Part shown: positions 11,360 to 24,000 of the stretch, piece after piece
Layout of the letters: every line of letters starts with the position of its first letter
Numbering within the stretch: the first letter of the stretch is position 1
Origin: Styela clava
Lineage: Eukaryota
Length of the DNA stretch: 64,000 bases
Assembly: GCF_964204865.1 (NCBI RefSeq)
Contig: NC_135261.1
Span: 16,678,001-16,742,000, forward strand
Direction: 5' to 3'
The notes under the pieces: generated by a model
What the model was told of the DNA's origin: nothing
The model's database searches: none
What the model saw: only the letters and a program-made list of their open reading frames with translations
Position numbers and translations under genes: made by a program

Positions 11360-13321
11360 TCAGTCAGGAATTGACATAGCCTCGTCGGCTAATCCAGATT
11401 TATTGCTTCCAGAAGAAATATAATCAGAAGTGTTGTAAATATTAGGTGAGGTGTATGGCGCTTTATTTGGTACAACAGGAGGCACCACTTCTTTTTTCTG
11501 AGTGAAAACAGAGCATAAAAATACCAAGAGTGCTGTGTATGAACAAAATGATGTGCTTAACTGAAATTCTTACCTCCCAAAAATTAAACCTAATTCCTTC
11601 AAGGGCTTTCTTGATAGAACCCATAGTCCCAAACTCAGCTTCAGATTCTTTCAAACTTTTTTCAACAGAATCACAATCTGATTTGATAACTTCAATGAAT
11701 TTCTAAAAAAGAAAAATATTATGTTGTGACTTGTGATCCAATTTCCAACAGATCGAAGATTCGGAATTCTTAAATTTACGAATAATTTAAAATCTTTTTA
11801 TTTGGAAATTTGCAAACTGGGCATTTGACATCTGGTGTCTTGACAGGAAATTTGTTTTTATTCCCGTTCCCACAGGGATGCCTAAAACTAATCAAATGTT
11901 CCATTGGGATCACAGCAATCTTTTGTTCAGTAATATCATATTCCTATGAGCATACAAAAGTTGAAGAATACTTCTATGAATATGGCCCAATTTAGAATAC
12001 ATTCCATATTCGAAAGTATTATTTCAGAATGTATTCAGAATAATACATTATTCAGATTTAGCCATCCCAGATTGCACACAATTTTATTACCAAACAGCAT
12101 TGCGTGAATGAATTTGTATTGCATGCAATAATTATCGGTCTGCCATACCTCCAAGTCATCAATTTTTTTATAGATGAGTCTCATCTTTTCTCGTTCAGCT
12201 CGAAAATTTTGCAAAACTTCATCTGTCATTTTTGTTGAATCTGTGCGTATCTGAAGATAGTGAGAACGATTTAAACATTTACAGTTGAACCTAAAATAAA
12301 ACCCAATTACCATACACCTACCATGTCCAGCATTCCATAAAATTTGTCCAAACTTGAAAGCACAGAGTCTATGCTAGCTTCAACATCGATTTCCTGCAAT
12401 TGTTAAATATAAAAGAAATAAGTCAAATATAATTTTACCTCAATTTGCAAAAATTATTGTTGCAAAACTGAATCAATATATTATATTCATGAAATGGTTG
12501 ATTGGTTAGCCATTCTGATCTATAACCTGGATATTGGGTTATTTTCATATTTATCTCGGGTAGAGGGAAGCTGACAAATAGAAAACTCAATTATGTAGTG
12601 AACCACAGGCCTTGTCTGGTTACTATTTGTTTTAGATTAGGGGTGTGCAACCTGTGGCCCACAAGAAAAAATTGTGTGGGCCAGAGATATCAGTAAGTGC
12701 CAATTTTGAATGGTGTTCGGCCCTCAAAACAAAATTTTTAATTCAGTTCAATCTGGTACATGCGAGTGATTCCAATCCCTTTTCGTTGTAAAGCCCCTAC
12801 TTCACCCATGATGTTACAATGCCCCAACAGCTAGCTTGTGTGAAGCGAACAACACGTGCCATCAAATCAATAACCAAAATTTTTGTGCCAGCAACTAATA
12901 GAAAGCCTATGTTAAAGAGAAATGCAACCCGAGGATTCACCCAGTAATTTGTCTCCGGCCCTTATGTATTGGAGGTTAGTGGTTACATACCTCTGTTCTC
13001 AATGCATTGATTGTGGAGAAAGCTGTAAACAAACTTAGGAATCCTCCTGTCACACCCTACAAGATTCAAACCTGCTCAAGGTAATCGGAGGTGAGGTGGC
13101 AAGCGACATGATACACCAATAGTCATATGGAAATAAAAACTCAAATTCATTTTTTTACTCAACTTATATAATATACCGGTAACTAAATTTTCATAACATG
13201 CGAGACAATATTGTACCTTGTTCTTACAAGATGGGTTGGATTCTATATCCATATATGCTGCATAATCTTCTGCACATTTTGCAATGGACTGGTCTTCTGT
13301 ATTTTCTTGTTCACTATCCAT
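11360..13321 (-). CDS. BLOC1S4: BLOC-1 subunit 4 (cappuccino/BCAS4 family); exons 13321-13217, 12393-12322, 12250-12149, 11702-11574, 11497-11360
   Basis: All introns GT-AG, phase 0. Product MDSEQ..AEDYAAYM..EIDVEASIDSVLSSLDKFYGMLDMIRTD..MRLIYKKIDDLEKFIEVIK..ESEAEFG..YTSPNIYNTSDY matches the cappuccino/BCAS4 pattern. Confidence 0.8.
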
Positions 13322-13752
13322 CACTTTTTATTTTTATATACCGGTATATAACTAATAAATACATTAAAACATCATATCATTGAAATACATAATAGTAGTA
13401 GCAGAATAGATTATTCGTTCTGAAATGGGCAAATCATTTGGCATATGATATATCATTGAACGCCGAACGGCATCATAAAATATACATTTTATGGTTGGAG
13501 TTTCATTCATTTGAACAAACTACCCAAGAAACAGTCAATAGATTTCTATCAATGTCAATCAATAGACAAATTGATACAATAGAAATATTAGTCAAATATA
13601 GAGCAAAAAAGTGAAACAGTAACATATACATATATTCAACTAGATCATATAATTATTATTGAAGATGTCCTCCTTTATCAAGTATCCTTTTTTAAATCGA
13701 TAAAATGGTTTGCCCATCAGCGCAGTGGTATATGTTGTTGTCAAGTGCTGGT

Positions 13753-13968
13753 TCACCAGAATAAAATGCTAATTCCCATTGCCACACAAGAAATTGCAAC
13801 ATATGGACTTAGTCTTTCTCCAATCCTCGCAAATTTCCAAAATATTCCAAGTACTCCTTCTTTGTTTCTGTCCAATAAGCTTGGTGCAATTGCTCTTACA
13901 TAAGCACAAGTGCAGATTAATAACAATACAACAGTCAGCATACTCTGGAAGTTGAAAATTGCTACCAT
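13753..13968 (-). CDS. TMEM167A: protein kish-A (TMEM167), intronless
   Basis: [49 protein letters not shown] is the diagnostic kish sequence. Confidence 0.95.
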   Translation of the reverse strand: MVAIFNFQSMLTVVLLLICTCAYVRAIAPSLLDRNKEGVLGIFWKFARIGERLSPYVAISCVAMGISILFW

Positions 13969-14701
13969 GTTGGTTCCAGGATTTGAACTAAGTATGGAAA
14001 TAAAGGTTATTTCCTATGCTGAAAAATATGAAATTAAGAAAAAAATATATAAACACTAAAAAATGCACAAAAAAAGTTTAGCATGTTTGTATGAATACAC
14101 TTGATTCAATTATAAGTCAATTTATAGTAAAGTTCAATGAGATTATGTCTCTGTTACATGCTCTCCCTCATTGTCTGGAGTATAACAAATACGTATGATT
14201 GGTACATTCCAAATCCCATTATGTTCAAACAATCCAAGCTCAACAATATGAAAACACTCTGTGAAATAACCTTATCGAGTAATGAAATTAGGAAGAACAG
14301 GGGGTTTTCCTGTAAAGGAAAATGTAAAATCAGTGTTGCCCCCCTCGAACCGTTCTGTGGCCCATTGGGTAGCTACGGCCTCTGGTTGGGAACTACAGTT
14401 TTAAACTCTCCGCCCCATAAAGTGGTCCAGATAGTTACTTACAGCATCCTCCAAGCTCATGCATATGGATTGATTGAACAGTTAGCTATCTCCACTCCCG
14501 ACCTGGACTTTAACATGACGAGGGCTGTGGTCCACCATGTAAAAACCCTAATAGGAAAAAGCCAATTCAAGCATCATGAAACTATAGAAAACGCTACAAG
14601 GTCTTAACAGTTTTAATAACACAATCTATCAATCCATGTGAAATTCGCTTACGTTAACAAAAACAAATTCAGTACACATAAACAATTTGCGCAAGGTATA
14701 A

Positions 14702-16666
14702 TTAAATATCAATGTCCATTGGTTCTAGAATTTCCTGGGAAGTTTGAGACTGCAGACAATTTAATATTGAGTCTTGTTCTTTGATTAAAAATTCTTTCAA
14801 CAAAGTTTCCATGCAGTCATCACTTTTTCTAACTTGTCTTTTCATTGCTTTCTTGAAATCCTCACTTGCACCCTTATTGACGCCTCGAGTTATTCTTTGA
14901 TGACTAGAAGGGGCATCAGAAAGAAGAATCATTTCAGGTTCGGAGTTGTTTTTTAAGAAAGCTATTTCCTCTAGTATGTCCAAGCAAATGATATAGTCGA
15001 ATAATAAAGTATAAGTGAATTTCTTTTTTTTAGATATCAGATCCAAAGCTTGTCGACATTCTGTTTGCCATTTCGGCCAGTCATGCTGACATAACACTAA
15101 CATATGCCCCAGTATAGCATCATCCTCGCCAGTTTCCATAACCTTAGCGAAGCTAGAAATGAATATATGAATCCAGAATGGTAAAAGGGTTGAAAAAGAT
15201 AAAGGCACTAGTATCAGATCAGTATTATTTTGTGTTTTTGGAAAAAGAGATATTGATAACAAATCAAAATTTGTTGCGGGTGCCTTTGAAGGATTTTGAT
15301 CAGAAATAAGGCTGAGACATTCCATTATACTTTGACAAGCCATCAGCAAATGTCCATTAGTAAAATATGACGACACTAATTGACAATGGCAGCGTAGGAG
15401 TATAGGATGGCGTAAATGTGATACATCTTGCTCCATAAGATTGTTAATTCTTGTCAAAGAACTTTTATGATCTTTCTCATATGAAAAATGATCTGATAAA
15501 AACAATTGAAACCATGTCCATTTTTCAATTTTCCAACGTCGGTAAAGATGGCTGAAATCTTTTTCAAAGGAATCGTTTGAATGAAGAATGTTCCAAGCAT
15601 CTCGAGCTACTAAGAACTGTTCTCTTATTTCAATGTCTGACCCTCGTAAAGAAGACTTTTCAGATTCTGTGTTCTCCTGTTTCCAATTCATGAGAAGAAC
15701 GTAAGAATGACGTGCATCATTTCGATCATTATATATATGGGATTCTAACATCTCCATATACTTTATAGCTGCTTCAATGAGAATCAAAATAGCTGTATAA
15801 AATATTTGTTTCTTATTTATTTTCCCAGTCAAATCAGTGCGACTTTTTTTATGCAAGTCTTTGATGTGATTTATCCTATCTTGTAGAGTAGAACTTCTTC
15901 CCGGAACTGGTTCCCAATCACACTGGATTGAAATGAGCTTTCTCAATGCTTCCAGTTTTTCCCAACTTTCATCTAGTTTTCCTATTTGTGATGAAGCTAT
16001 TTTGGTATCAGTTGTGAAGTATGTTGCGTAAAATTCTGCTGCCTTTTGTAACCACTTATAAAAGTGTTTATGCGATATTTCAACAGTCATATTTTTGCAA
16101 ATAATGGGTAACACCTCACAAACGAGCAGTCGTCTGTAATAATTGAGGGGAGAACTTCCGCCTTGAACTTTTTCTTCATCTACTAATCTTTCTGCTAATG
16201 GAATTCCATATTTTACAACAGAAGAAGGATATTTTTGTGTGAGTATCAGCGTCATTTTACATTTTAATGATATGTCAGTTTGTCGGTCAGCACAGATTGT
16301 AATCATTCTTTGTTGATTTGCATTAGGAATAAAACCAAATATATCTTGCTTAAATTTATCATTTCCAGAACCTTTATTCTCTAACGCAGTCACTATCATT
16401 TCAATTTCATGCCATAGTGTGGATTCATGTGAAAACTCCTGAAGCATTTCAGATAGAAGAGATGCACATTGTTTTGCGTTCTTTTCTCCATACTCTAATT
16501 TATATGCTTCGTAAAGCACAGTGAAGTTATTGGGGAAAAGTGATTTAGCCGTCAATAACCATGATCTAGCGGCAAAAATATCAGAATTTGCTAAACTTTG
16601 GGCTTGCTGTAGCATCCATTCAGTTGGAGGAACATTGTCACTCAATGTTGGGTCACTAAGCTTCAT
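14702..16666 (-). CDS. INTS10: Integrator complex subunit 10, intronless
   Basis: ATG at 16666. N-terminal DIFAARSWLLTAKSLFPNNF..YEAY; C-terminal LGHMLVLCQHDWP, YIICLDILEEIAFL and TRGVNKGASEDFKKAMKRQV. Confidence 0.92.
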   Translation of the reverse strand: MKLSDPTLSDNVPPTEWMLQQAQSLANSDIFAARSWLLTAKSLFPNNFTVLYEAYKLEYGEKNAKQCASLLSEMLQEFSHESTLWHEIEMIVTALENKGSGNDKFKQDIFGFIPNANQQRMITICADRQTDISLKCKMTLILTQKYPSSVVKYGIPLAERLVDEEKVQGGSSPLNYYRRLLVCEVLPIICKNMTVEISHKHFYKWLQKAAEFYATYFTTDTKIASSQIGKLDESWEKLEALRKLISIQCDWEPVPGRSSTLQDRINHIKDLHKKSRTDLTGKINKKQIFYTAILILIEAAIKYMEMLESHIYNDRNDARHSYVLLMNWKQENTESEKSSLRGSDIEIREQFLVARDAWNILHSNDSFEKDFSHLYRRWKIEKWTWFQLFLSDHFSYEKDHKSSLTRINNLMEQDVSHLRHPILLRCHCQLVSSYFTNGHLLMACQSIMECLSLISDQNPSKAPATNFDLLSISLFPKTQNNTDLILVPLSFSTLLPFWIHIFISSFAKVMETGEDDAILGHMLVLCQHDWPKWQTECRQALDLISKKKKFTYTLLFDYIICLDILEEIAFLKNNSEPEMILLSDAPSSHQRITRGVNKGASEDFKKAMKRQVRKSDDCMETLLKEFLIKEQDSILNCLQSQTSQEILEPMDIDI

Positions 16667-16860
16667 TATATAGAAAATTACACCAAAACTCTGTGAAATC
16701 AAGAATGAAAATTAGTGCAAATGACCAAATGTTTTAATAAAATTAAACTTCATACCCAGTTGAAATTTTTTTATACAAATATAATTGAAATAGATGATTG
16801 CTAGAAATGAATGGGTCATAGAAGGTAACAGAGTATCTATCACTCATCCACTGACAGGAA

Positions 16861-18255
16861 TTACAAATAACAGAAGTGTGATGCCCTTGGAAAAGGAATA
16901 ACATCTCTTATATTATTCACTCCCAATAAAAATCTTATTAGACGATCAAACCCCAGTCCATAACCACCATGAGGAACACCACCAAACTTTCTCAAGTCTG
17001 AATACCATTTGTATTCATTTTCTAGTCCTAAAGAAGAGAGACGTTGGTTTAGCACATCATAGCGATCTTCACGTAGAGTTCCACCAGCCATTTCACCACA
17101 ATGTGGAAAAAGTAAATCAAACGATGCAGATGTACCGTCTGCGTCATCATTATGTAAAGCATAAAACGGCTTTAGTTTAGCAGGAAAATTTGTAACAAAA
17201 ACTGGGCGATGACCGTGATAAGTTGTTATGAATTTTTCATGCTCTATATTCAAATCATCACTCCATTTTATATCTGTGGATAATTTATCACGGTTGGATT
17301 GTAAAAGTTTAACAATATCTTTGTATTCTATATTCAAAAACGACTCATTCGCACATCTTTCAACAATGGTTTGGTAATTCGGTATATCTGCTTTTTGATG
17401 AAACATTGAAAGTTCATTATTGCATTCTTCTAATGATTTCTTAATTATATGACGTAAACTATCTTCGAGTATATTTAATAAATCTTGCATTGACTTTGTG
17501 AAAGCCATTTCAATTTCAAGCATATGAAATTCGCTAACATGCGTTCTTGGTCTACTTTGTTCGGCACGAAATGCTGGACTTAGCGTATAAACATTTCCGA
17601 TTCCCATTGAACAAGCTTCTAAATGCAGTTGACCGGAAACAGTTAAATATGAAGGAATTCCAAAGAAATTCTCTTTTTCTTTCTCATCAGTGTCTAAAGT
17701 TACAGAAAATAAGGCACCTGCTCCTTCACAGTCATTTGAAGTTATTATAGGTGTATGAATATGTGTAAAATCATTCTTCTGAAAATAATCATGTATCAGC
17801 ATTTCTACCCGATTACGAACTCTCAAAATTGAAGCAGTCATATTCTGGCGAGGACGCAAATGAGGAAACTGTCTTGTATAATTAAGAGGGTGATCATATT
17901 CACTTTGAAGGGGATATGACTCTGGATCGCAGGTGCCATATTGTTTAATTGATTTACAAAGTATTTCCATGTTAGGGTTCTTGTGCTGCCTGTGAATTAG
18001 TTCACCAGTGATTTCCAATGCAGAACCATAAAAATACTGATCAGTAGAAAATTCTCCAGTCGATAAAACCACTTGTAAATTTCTTATACATGATCCATCA
18101 TTGATATCCAAAAATGCAACTTTTTTATGATTTCGAACAGATTTTACCCAGCCATTTATGTTCACTTCAGTGTTTGACGGTATTCCTGATAAATTTTTTA
18201 TCCGAACCTTTGTAGCGGATGAGTAAAGTCTCCGAAACACATGGATGAAAGACAT
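16861..18255 (-). CDS. NARS2: mitochondrial asparaginyl-tRNA synthetase, intronless
   Basis: Presequence-like MSFIHVFRRLYSS; GWVKSVR..FLDINDGS OB fold; LTVSGQLHLE; FRAE..HVSEFHMLEIE; WYSDLRKFGGVPHGGYGLGFDR. Confidence 0.95.
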   Translation of the reverse strand: MSFIHVFRRLYSSATKVRIKNLSGIPSNTEVNINGWVKSVRNHKKVAFLDINDGSCIRNLQVVLSTGEFSTDQYFYGSALEITGELIHRQHKNPNMEILCKSIKQYGTCDPESYPLQSEYDHPLNYTRQFPHLRPRQNMTASILRVRNRVEMLIHDYFQKNDFTHIHTPIITSNDCEGAGALFSVTLDTDEKEKENFFGIPSYLTVSGQLHLEACSMGIGNVYTLSPAFRAEQSRPRTHVSEFHMLEIEMAFTKSMQDLLNILEDSLRHIIKKSLEECNNELSMFHQKADIPNYQTIVERCANESFLNIEYKDIVKLLQSNRDKLSTDIKWSDDLNIEHEKFITTYHGHRPVFVTNFPAKLKPFYALHNDDADGTSASFDLLFPHCGEMAGGTLREDRYDVLNQRLSSLGLENEYKWYSDLRKFGGVPHGGYGLGFDRLIRFLLGVNNIRDVIPFPRASHFCYL

Positions 18256-18437
18256 TAATCTACTGACTAACTATGTCTCCATTAAATATAAAATAAAACT
18301 ATTTTAATAGTATTTACATAGGATTTTCATATTTATATTGATGAGATGGCTTTACCGTTATGATATAAGAAAACCTTGATAATAGAATTATGTCAGATTC
18401 CAACATCTACATGGCATTCTGACATCTCCAAAATGAA

Positions 18438-18780
18438 GATAGGATAGGATTTACATATTTATCCCAGGGGAGAGGAAAGCCGATAAGACGGCTTATCCAT
18501 ATGGCGAACCACGGCCTCTCGTCCGGTTACCATTCCGAGTCGGGTATGGGATTAGTTTTACTGTATTGTTTGTTTTCGGAAGCATGGACTTGGTGGTGGA
18601 GGAAGCCGTAACCGACCAGCGGTTACGTGAACCACCCAACGACGGCGAGGAGTCCAGCAATCCTCTCGCACATAACCATCCCTGCATGGGATTCGAACCT
18701 GCGAACCCACGCAGAGTAATTAGAGGTGCGGTGGCGAGCGTATTCCTAACGCTTAGCCTGTTGAGCCACACCGCCGCGCC
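18438..18780 (-). mobile_element. tRNA-derived SINE, near full-length copy
   Basis: Head GGCGCGGCGGTG, A box TGGCTCAACAGG, B box GGTTCGAATCC, (ATCCT)n tail; several related copies in the window. Confidence 0.85.
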
Positions 18781-19117
18781 AACCCTAGTCTGGCCTGATG
18801 TAGCCCTATTGACCAATACGAAATGATTGTAAAGTATACCGTACCATAACACAACAGCATCTTATCAAAAGGTGCACGTGTGGGAACCAAGCTATGTCAA
18901 GCCTATAACCATGCTCTTCTGTTACTAGAGCTGTAGACAGATCTGCAAGTGGAGATGAACCGTTGAGTGTTACGAAAATTTATTTTCCTTCAGTGAATCA
19001 GATTTTTTTTTCTAAGAAGTCCAATCTACTGGTGCACTCAACTGCTGAACTGTTATAATTGATGTCTCTTTAATGTGGGTGCTATTCTTGGAATCGTAGA
19101 ACTGTGCCTTACTGATA

Positions 19118-19779
19118 CGGTCTTACTACTTACTGAATACAGCGCGAAACACCGCAAAGAGCGCAAAACAGAGGGAAACAGCGCAAAACAGTGGGGAAAC
19201 AGCGCGAAATAGCGCAAAACAGAGGGAAACAGTGTGAAACAGAAAAAAATTTTGCAATGAGTTCGGGGCACCTTGTTTTGAGTTGGAGTACCACGGCAGC
19301 AAATTAAAAACACAAATTAAAAACACAAACCAACGTATGTAGCCAGTAATGCTGTAATGGCAGGTCTGCCCCTGCTGGTGACACATTTTGGGTACCATAA
19401 TTTAGAACATTTTCCATATGAATATGGTTGGCTTTAGGGTTAGGTAAAAAGGGACCTCCAGAAGTATGTGCACCAAGATGGCGCACAACCTGAAAATGGT
19501 ATGTGTGTGTGTGTGTAGCGGATTCAGGTTGTGCGACATATTGCTGCACATACTTCTGGAGCACCAAAAAGGTAGATAAAATTTCGCATGATGACCCATA
19601 ATCCAGTACATAACCTTGTGAATATACCGGAAATAGCGCCATAAAACCATGGCGGGAGGCGCAGTGGTTCTTTCGTGGCAGGAGGTGGTAATGACTGCGT
19701 CTCCTGTTTTGCGCTGTTTCCCTCTGTTTTGCGCTGGTTTCCTTCTGTTTCGCGCTGTATTCAGTAAGTAGTAAGACCC
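19118..19779. mobile_element. MITE with 9-bp TSD (Mutator-like), composite interior
   Basis: TIRs GGTCTTACTACTTACTGAATACAGCGCGAAAC / GTTTCGCGCTGTATTCAGTAAGTAGTAAGACC; TSD TTACTGATA (19109-19117, 19780-19788); subterminal AAACAGCGCAAAACAGAGGG arrays. Confidence 0.8.
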
Positions 19780-21073
19780 TTACTGATATGCATAAAATGT
19801 ATATATATCTTTTATGTCCCCCTTTTTTTTTTAATTTATGTAAGTTAAGTTTATTTCGACTCCATAATCCGCATAAAACTGAAAAAGGCGATAAAATGAT
19901 TGATAAAAACTATTATTGAAATCAGGAGAGTAAACAAAACCTTGTATAAGGTTTAAAACATACAGAATGGAAGATGGAAAGTATTGCCAAAAAGAAGTGG
20001 TACATGTTCACTCACCTAAAATTATTAAATCAATTCGTACACACTCGCATGTATTTTTACTTTTCTATTTTAAAAATTAATTAATCGTATGATGATGTCA
20101 GGATTTGGTATCAACACTTTCATATAGCCTCTGCTGGGGTGAATAAGCATACGGAAAATGAATAACAGACCTACTTTATGATAGTTTGTACAATTATGCT
20201 ATTTTGGTTTATATTTTATCAAAAAAAGAAATATTGCGCACAGATTTATATCAGTAGGCAGGCCACAATGTTAATCATTATATCGCTTGTTATCTAGAAC
20301 ATTTTATCTAGAACAACTAACCTCTCCCCCGGGATAAATATGTAAATCCTATCCTATCCTTGTCATATCGTCCGGAAATGTCCGGAATTTAGGGTTAAAT
20401 TTTGCGTCCGGGAAGAATTTAAAAAATGCTCAAATGTCCGGAATCCGGAATTTTACTGCATCTGCAATCGTACTGTGCACACTGCTGATACCGGTATGTT
20501 AGTCGTTGGCTGATACAGAACATTGTTATTTCGTACTGTGCGCATATTTTTTACTACGAGGTCATAAAAATAGTCATGCACTGTCCGGAATTTTGCTTTT
20601 TCAAATATAATGACCCTAGGCCAGACTATATTAATATTACATTACCGGGTTTTAAAATATTTCAATGCGTGTCTACGAATATTCGTAGGTTAGTATCCAC
20701 AAGAAAAGCGTAAGCTTTCGAGGTTGTAAACTTGTAATATTAGAAAGCAAAATAAAAAAAAATATTAGAAAGTTAGTTAGTTTTTTTTAAGCGTTTAAAA
20801 TACGTCAATCTGAATTTATGACATCATAAAAAATTAAGTTCTCGCAGACTGAATTAATTTAATTTATCTATATGACATCATAAGGATAGCCGATGCATAA
20901 TCGCTGGAGCGATTTCAAGAAAAATGCACACGTAGAATTGTTCCGCCTCATTTCATTCGCATTTTGCTGTCGTGGAGTGACGACTCATCGCAGGAAATTT
21001 GCGTGTCGGGAAAGGTGTTATTGCCACGTTTAGTTACATATGGTTCAGTAGTGGCATACATTTCCCAAAAACT

Positions 21074-24000
21074 ATGGAAGGTATGGGAAAGCGGCTAGGC
21101 ATCTTTGCATTTGTGTCCATTTTGGCGTGTATTCATTTAATATTTGCAAACGAGAATGCCGGCGAGGAGCACCGTAGATTCGAATACAAATACAGTTTTA
21201 AAGGCCCCCATCTCATGCAAGCTGACCACACTATTCCATTTTGGACGTTGATGGGTGGTAAGTTTGTTTACTTTAATAATCATTCAGTTTCGCCATTATT
21301 ATTCTGCTTTAATATGATATTTAGGTATTTAGATACTATAAATAAATGAACATCCGTATTAGTTATACTCTAAGTGGTGAAAATATTACAAAAACAAAAA
21401 TGTTAAGGTAGTCCAAAATATCCATATAGTTTAATAATTATAGTTCTACTCTGTTTTAGTCGATAAGATAATTCTATCATGAAATAGCAGATTCAAATCT
21501 GAATATAGTGCTGTCATGAGATAATACAGTAATATAGCAAAAATTTGTCTACAATTACAGAATTAATAGAAATTATGTTTAATATAATTGGATCACAAAA
21601 TAAATTAGATAGGCTACATTTCCTGCCTTTTTATTGAACGAAAAAATAGGCTACATGATAAAATATACAGATTTTTATTGGTACTTTGTCAAGCTCATTA
21701 AATTCATTTATATTTAATTTAGATACTGTTGCTGGAGATAATCAAGTCAGGTTGGTTCCATCTATTAGAGACAAAAAAGGTTTAGTTTGGTCAAATCATC
21801 CATTTCCATATGATTCATGGGAAATTGAAGTTCATATCAGAATTGAAGGCAGAGGAAGAGTTGGTGCTGATGGCCTGGTGAGATTTTTCTCAAACTCACT
21901 CCATTTACTAAGATATATTTGATTTGTGGTTGAAATTTGGATATAGAGGTAAAATTTTTGGTAACCAGAAGAGAAGTAAAAATTGCTTTTGCTCTTGAGT
22001 TTTGAGTCCTGACGTGATGTCTGGTTATGTCTGTCATATCCTGCTCAAATTTACCGTAATACCGTTCCTGCATAAACAGACATTTCAAAAGAGAAACCAC
22101 TATCACAAGAAGTCTTTATCTAGTTAAATGTAAAGCTATAATAATAATTTTTTTTGTTTACTAAATGATGCTCAAGCAGGTTTTTCAAATACATCTATTT
22201 CCAGTGAATGCCCGAAAATACTTATTTATCAAATGACTGGTGACTATGTTCAGTCTCTCTTACTACTTCATTGCTTACGAGTTCTATCATGTTTATATCT
22301 ATAGTATATGGCTATTGGCTACGGACTTCACCTCCTTGTTCGTACTATGCAAACAAGGTACACAGATTCATAGTTTGTATTTTATCTTATTTCAGGCGAT
22401 TTGGTACGTGTCTCATACTCCAGAATTAGGTCCTGTATATGGTTCAAAGGACTATTTTCAAGGTGTAGGAATATTTCTTGACTCCTTTGATAACAACAAC
22501 CAAAATGACAACCCAGTTATCATGATTGTCACTAATGATGGTAGAACAGAATATCACCATGCGAGGTACATCTTTTTCATATACTTATCATTGGTGACGA
22601 AATATATTTAAAAAATGCAAGAAATACTAAAAGAAACTCGTCATTCATTGTTATATTCACGGTCATGCTTTACCCTATTGAGTGATTCAAGGGTCTTGCT
22701 TCCTCTATTCATAAATTTTGCTAATACATATTCTGAACCTATCATCTGAAGAAGCCTGGTTTTGGTCACATCAGTGCACCCAATCTTTTTAATACATTCC
22801 TACCTCTGCCCCCATGTTACAACTCTTCATTCCTCCCTTACTGTGCATAAAAAACTCAGTTTTAAAGTGTGTTGTTAAATCTTCAAGGTATCATTTACTA
22901 GTGGTATGCACAACCCCCACTCTGGTTTGGACAGGTTGAACAGGTGTGCGTAAATATGTATTACAATAAGTCTTGATAAATAAAGAATTTTTATAGTACT
23001 ACTCGGCACTCGCAAATGGAATATCTCACTGGCCAGATGAAGTGTAACAAAATTAAATTTGTAAAAATGTTAGGCAAAAAGTTTGATCCTATTAATATAG
23101 CTGTTGTGAATGTTCATACAGTATCATTGCAAAATACAAGCACAACAGCAGTGAGGAAAGTGCATTAGCTTGATACACGTTACACCAATTGACTTACTTA
23201 TTGACTCCCTTCTATTTTTATTTCAGTGATGGTGTGAATCAAAATTCCGGCAGTTGTTTCCAAGATTTTCGGAATAGACCATACCCTGTCAAACTCAAAA
23301 TTAAATACTCAAATGGTCTGATTACGGTAAGAATATAGAACTAAATTATTTGTTATTATAGAATAACTTTTCATGCATGCATTTGACTTTTTGGGTATTC
23401 TTAGATTATTTCTTGTTAGTTGTAGTAGACTATTTTGATATTTGATTAATATAGGTACAAAATTTATTCTACTTTTTTATACTCTCTCAATTATTCATCA
23501 TGTTATGTTGGCAACAGCCTTTTATATTTTAACTCGAAATCAATTTCCAAAATTAGTCTGAATAAATTTATATCTAACAATAGGCTACTTAAATTTTTAT
23601 CTTGAATAAAAGCAATATATGCAATGCTAATAAATCTGATTTTTCATATATAGGTCAGTTATGATCCTGGCAATTTGGAGGATGGTGATTATGAAGTTTG
23701 TGCTTCAGCTAATATTAATCTACCTCCCAACTATTACTTTGGTGTTTCAGCAGCAACTGGAGGCCTCGCAGGTAAGTTTATACCTACACATTATCTTGTA
23801 TCAAAATTATTTCTAATATCTGTATCAGTCTTTTGCAGTATTTTGAGTTAAATTTAATCATTAAATAAATAACCGATTTTGTTGTTGCATTGTAATTTTC
23901 TTAGTAAGTTTGATGAACATGTATTTTTTATTAATCCACAATGCTCCTATTTATTCTTCAGATGATCATGATGTCATCAAATTTTTAACATGGAGCATAT

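Noticed and set aside
14137-14607. 156-aa ORF antisense to the operon candidate
   Set aside because: No recognisable domain; overlaps a hAT-MITE end fragment (~14335-14400).
16667-16702. TTG-initiated extension of INTS10
   Set aside because: Overlaps the splice acceptor; a eukaryotic start at ATG 16666 is more plausible.
8465-18255. Horizontal transfer or bacterial contamination as the explanation for the intronless genes
   Set aside because: INTS10 and TMEM167 are eukaryote-specific, NARS2 has a mitochondrial presequence, and base composition and flanking repeats match the host.
18660-18780. Possible tRNA gene (A and B boxes)
   Set aside because: Continues into a shared ~230-nt body and simple-repeat tail found in many decayed copies, so it is a SINE head.
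19135-19245. CRISPR-like spaced repeats
   Set aside because: Eukaryotic context, no unique spacers, no cas genes; these are MITE subterminal arrays.
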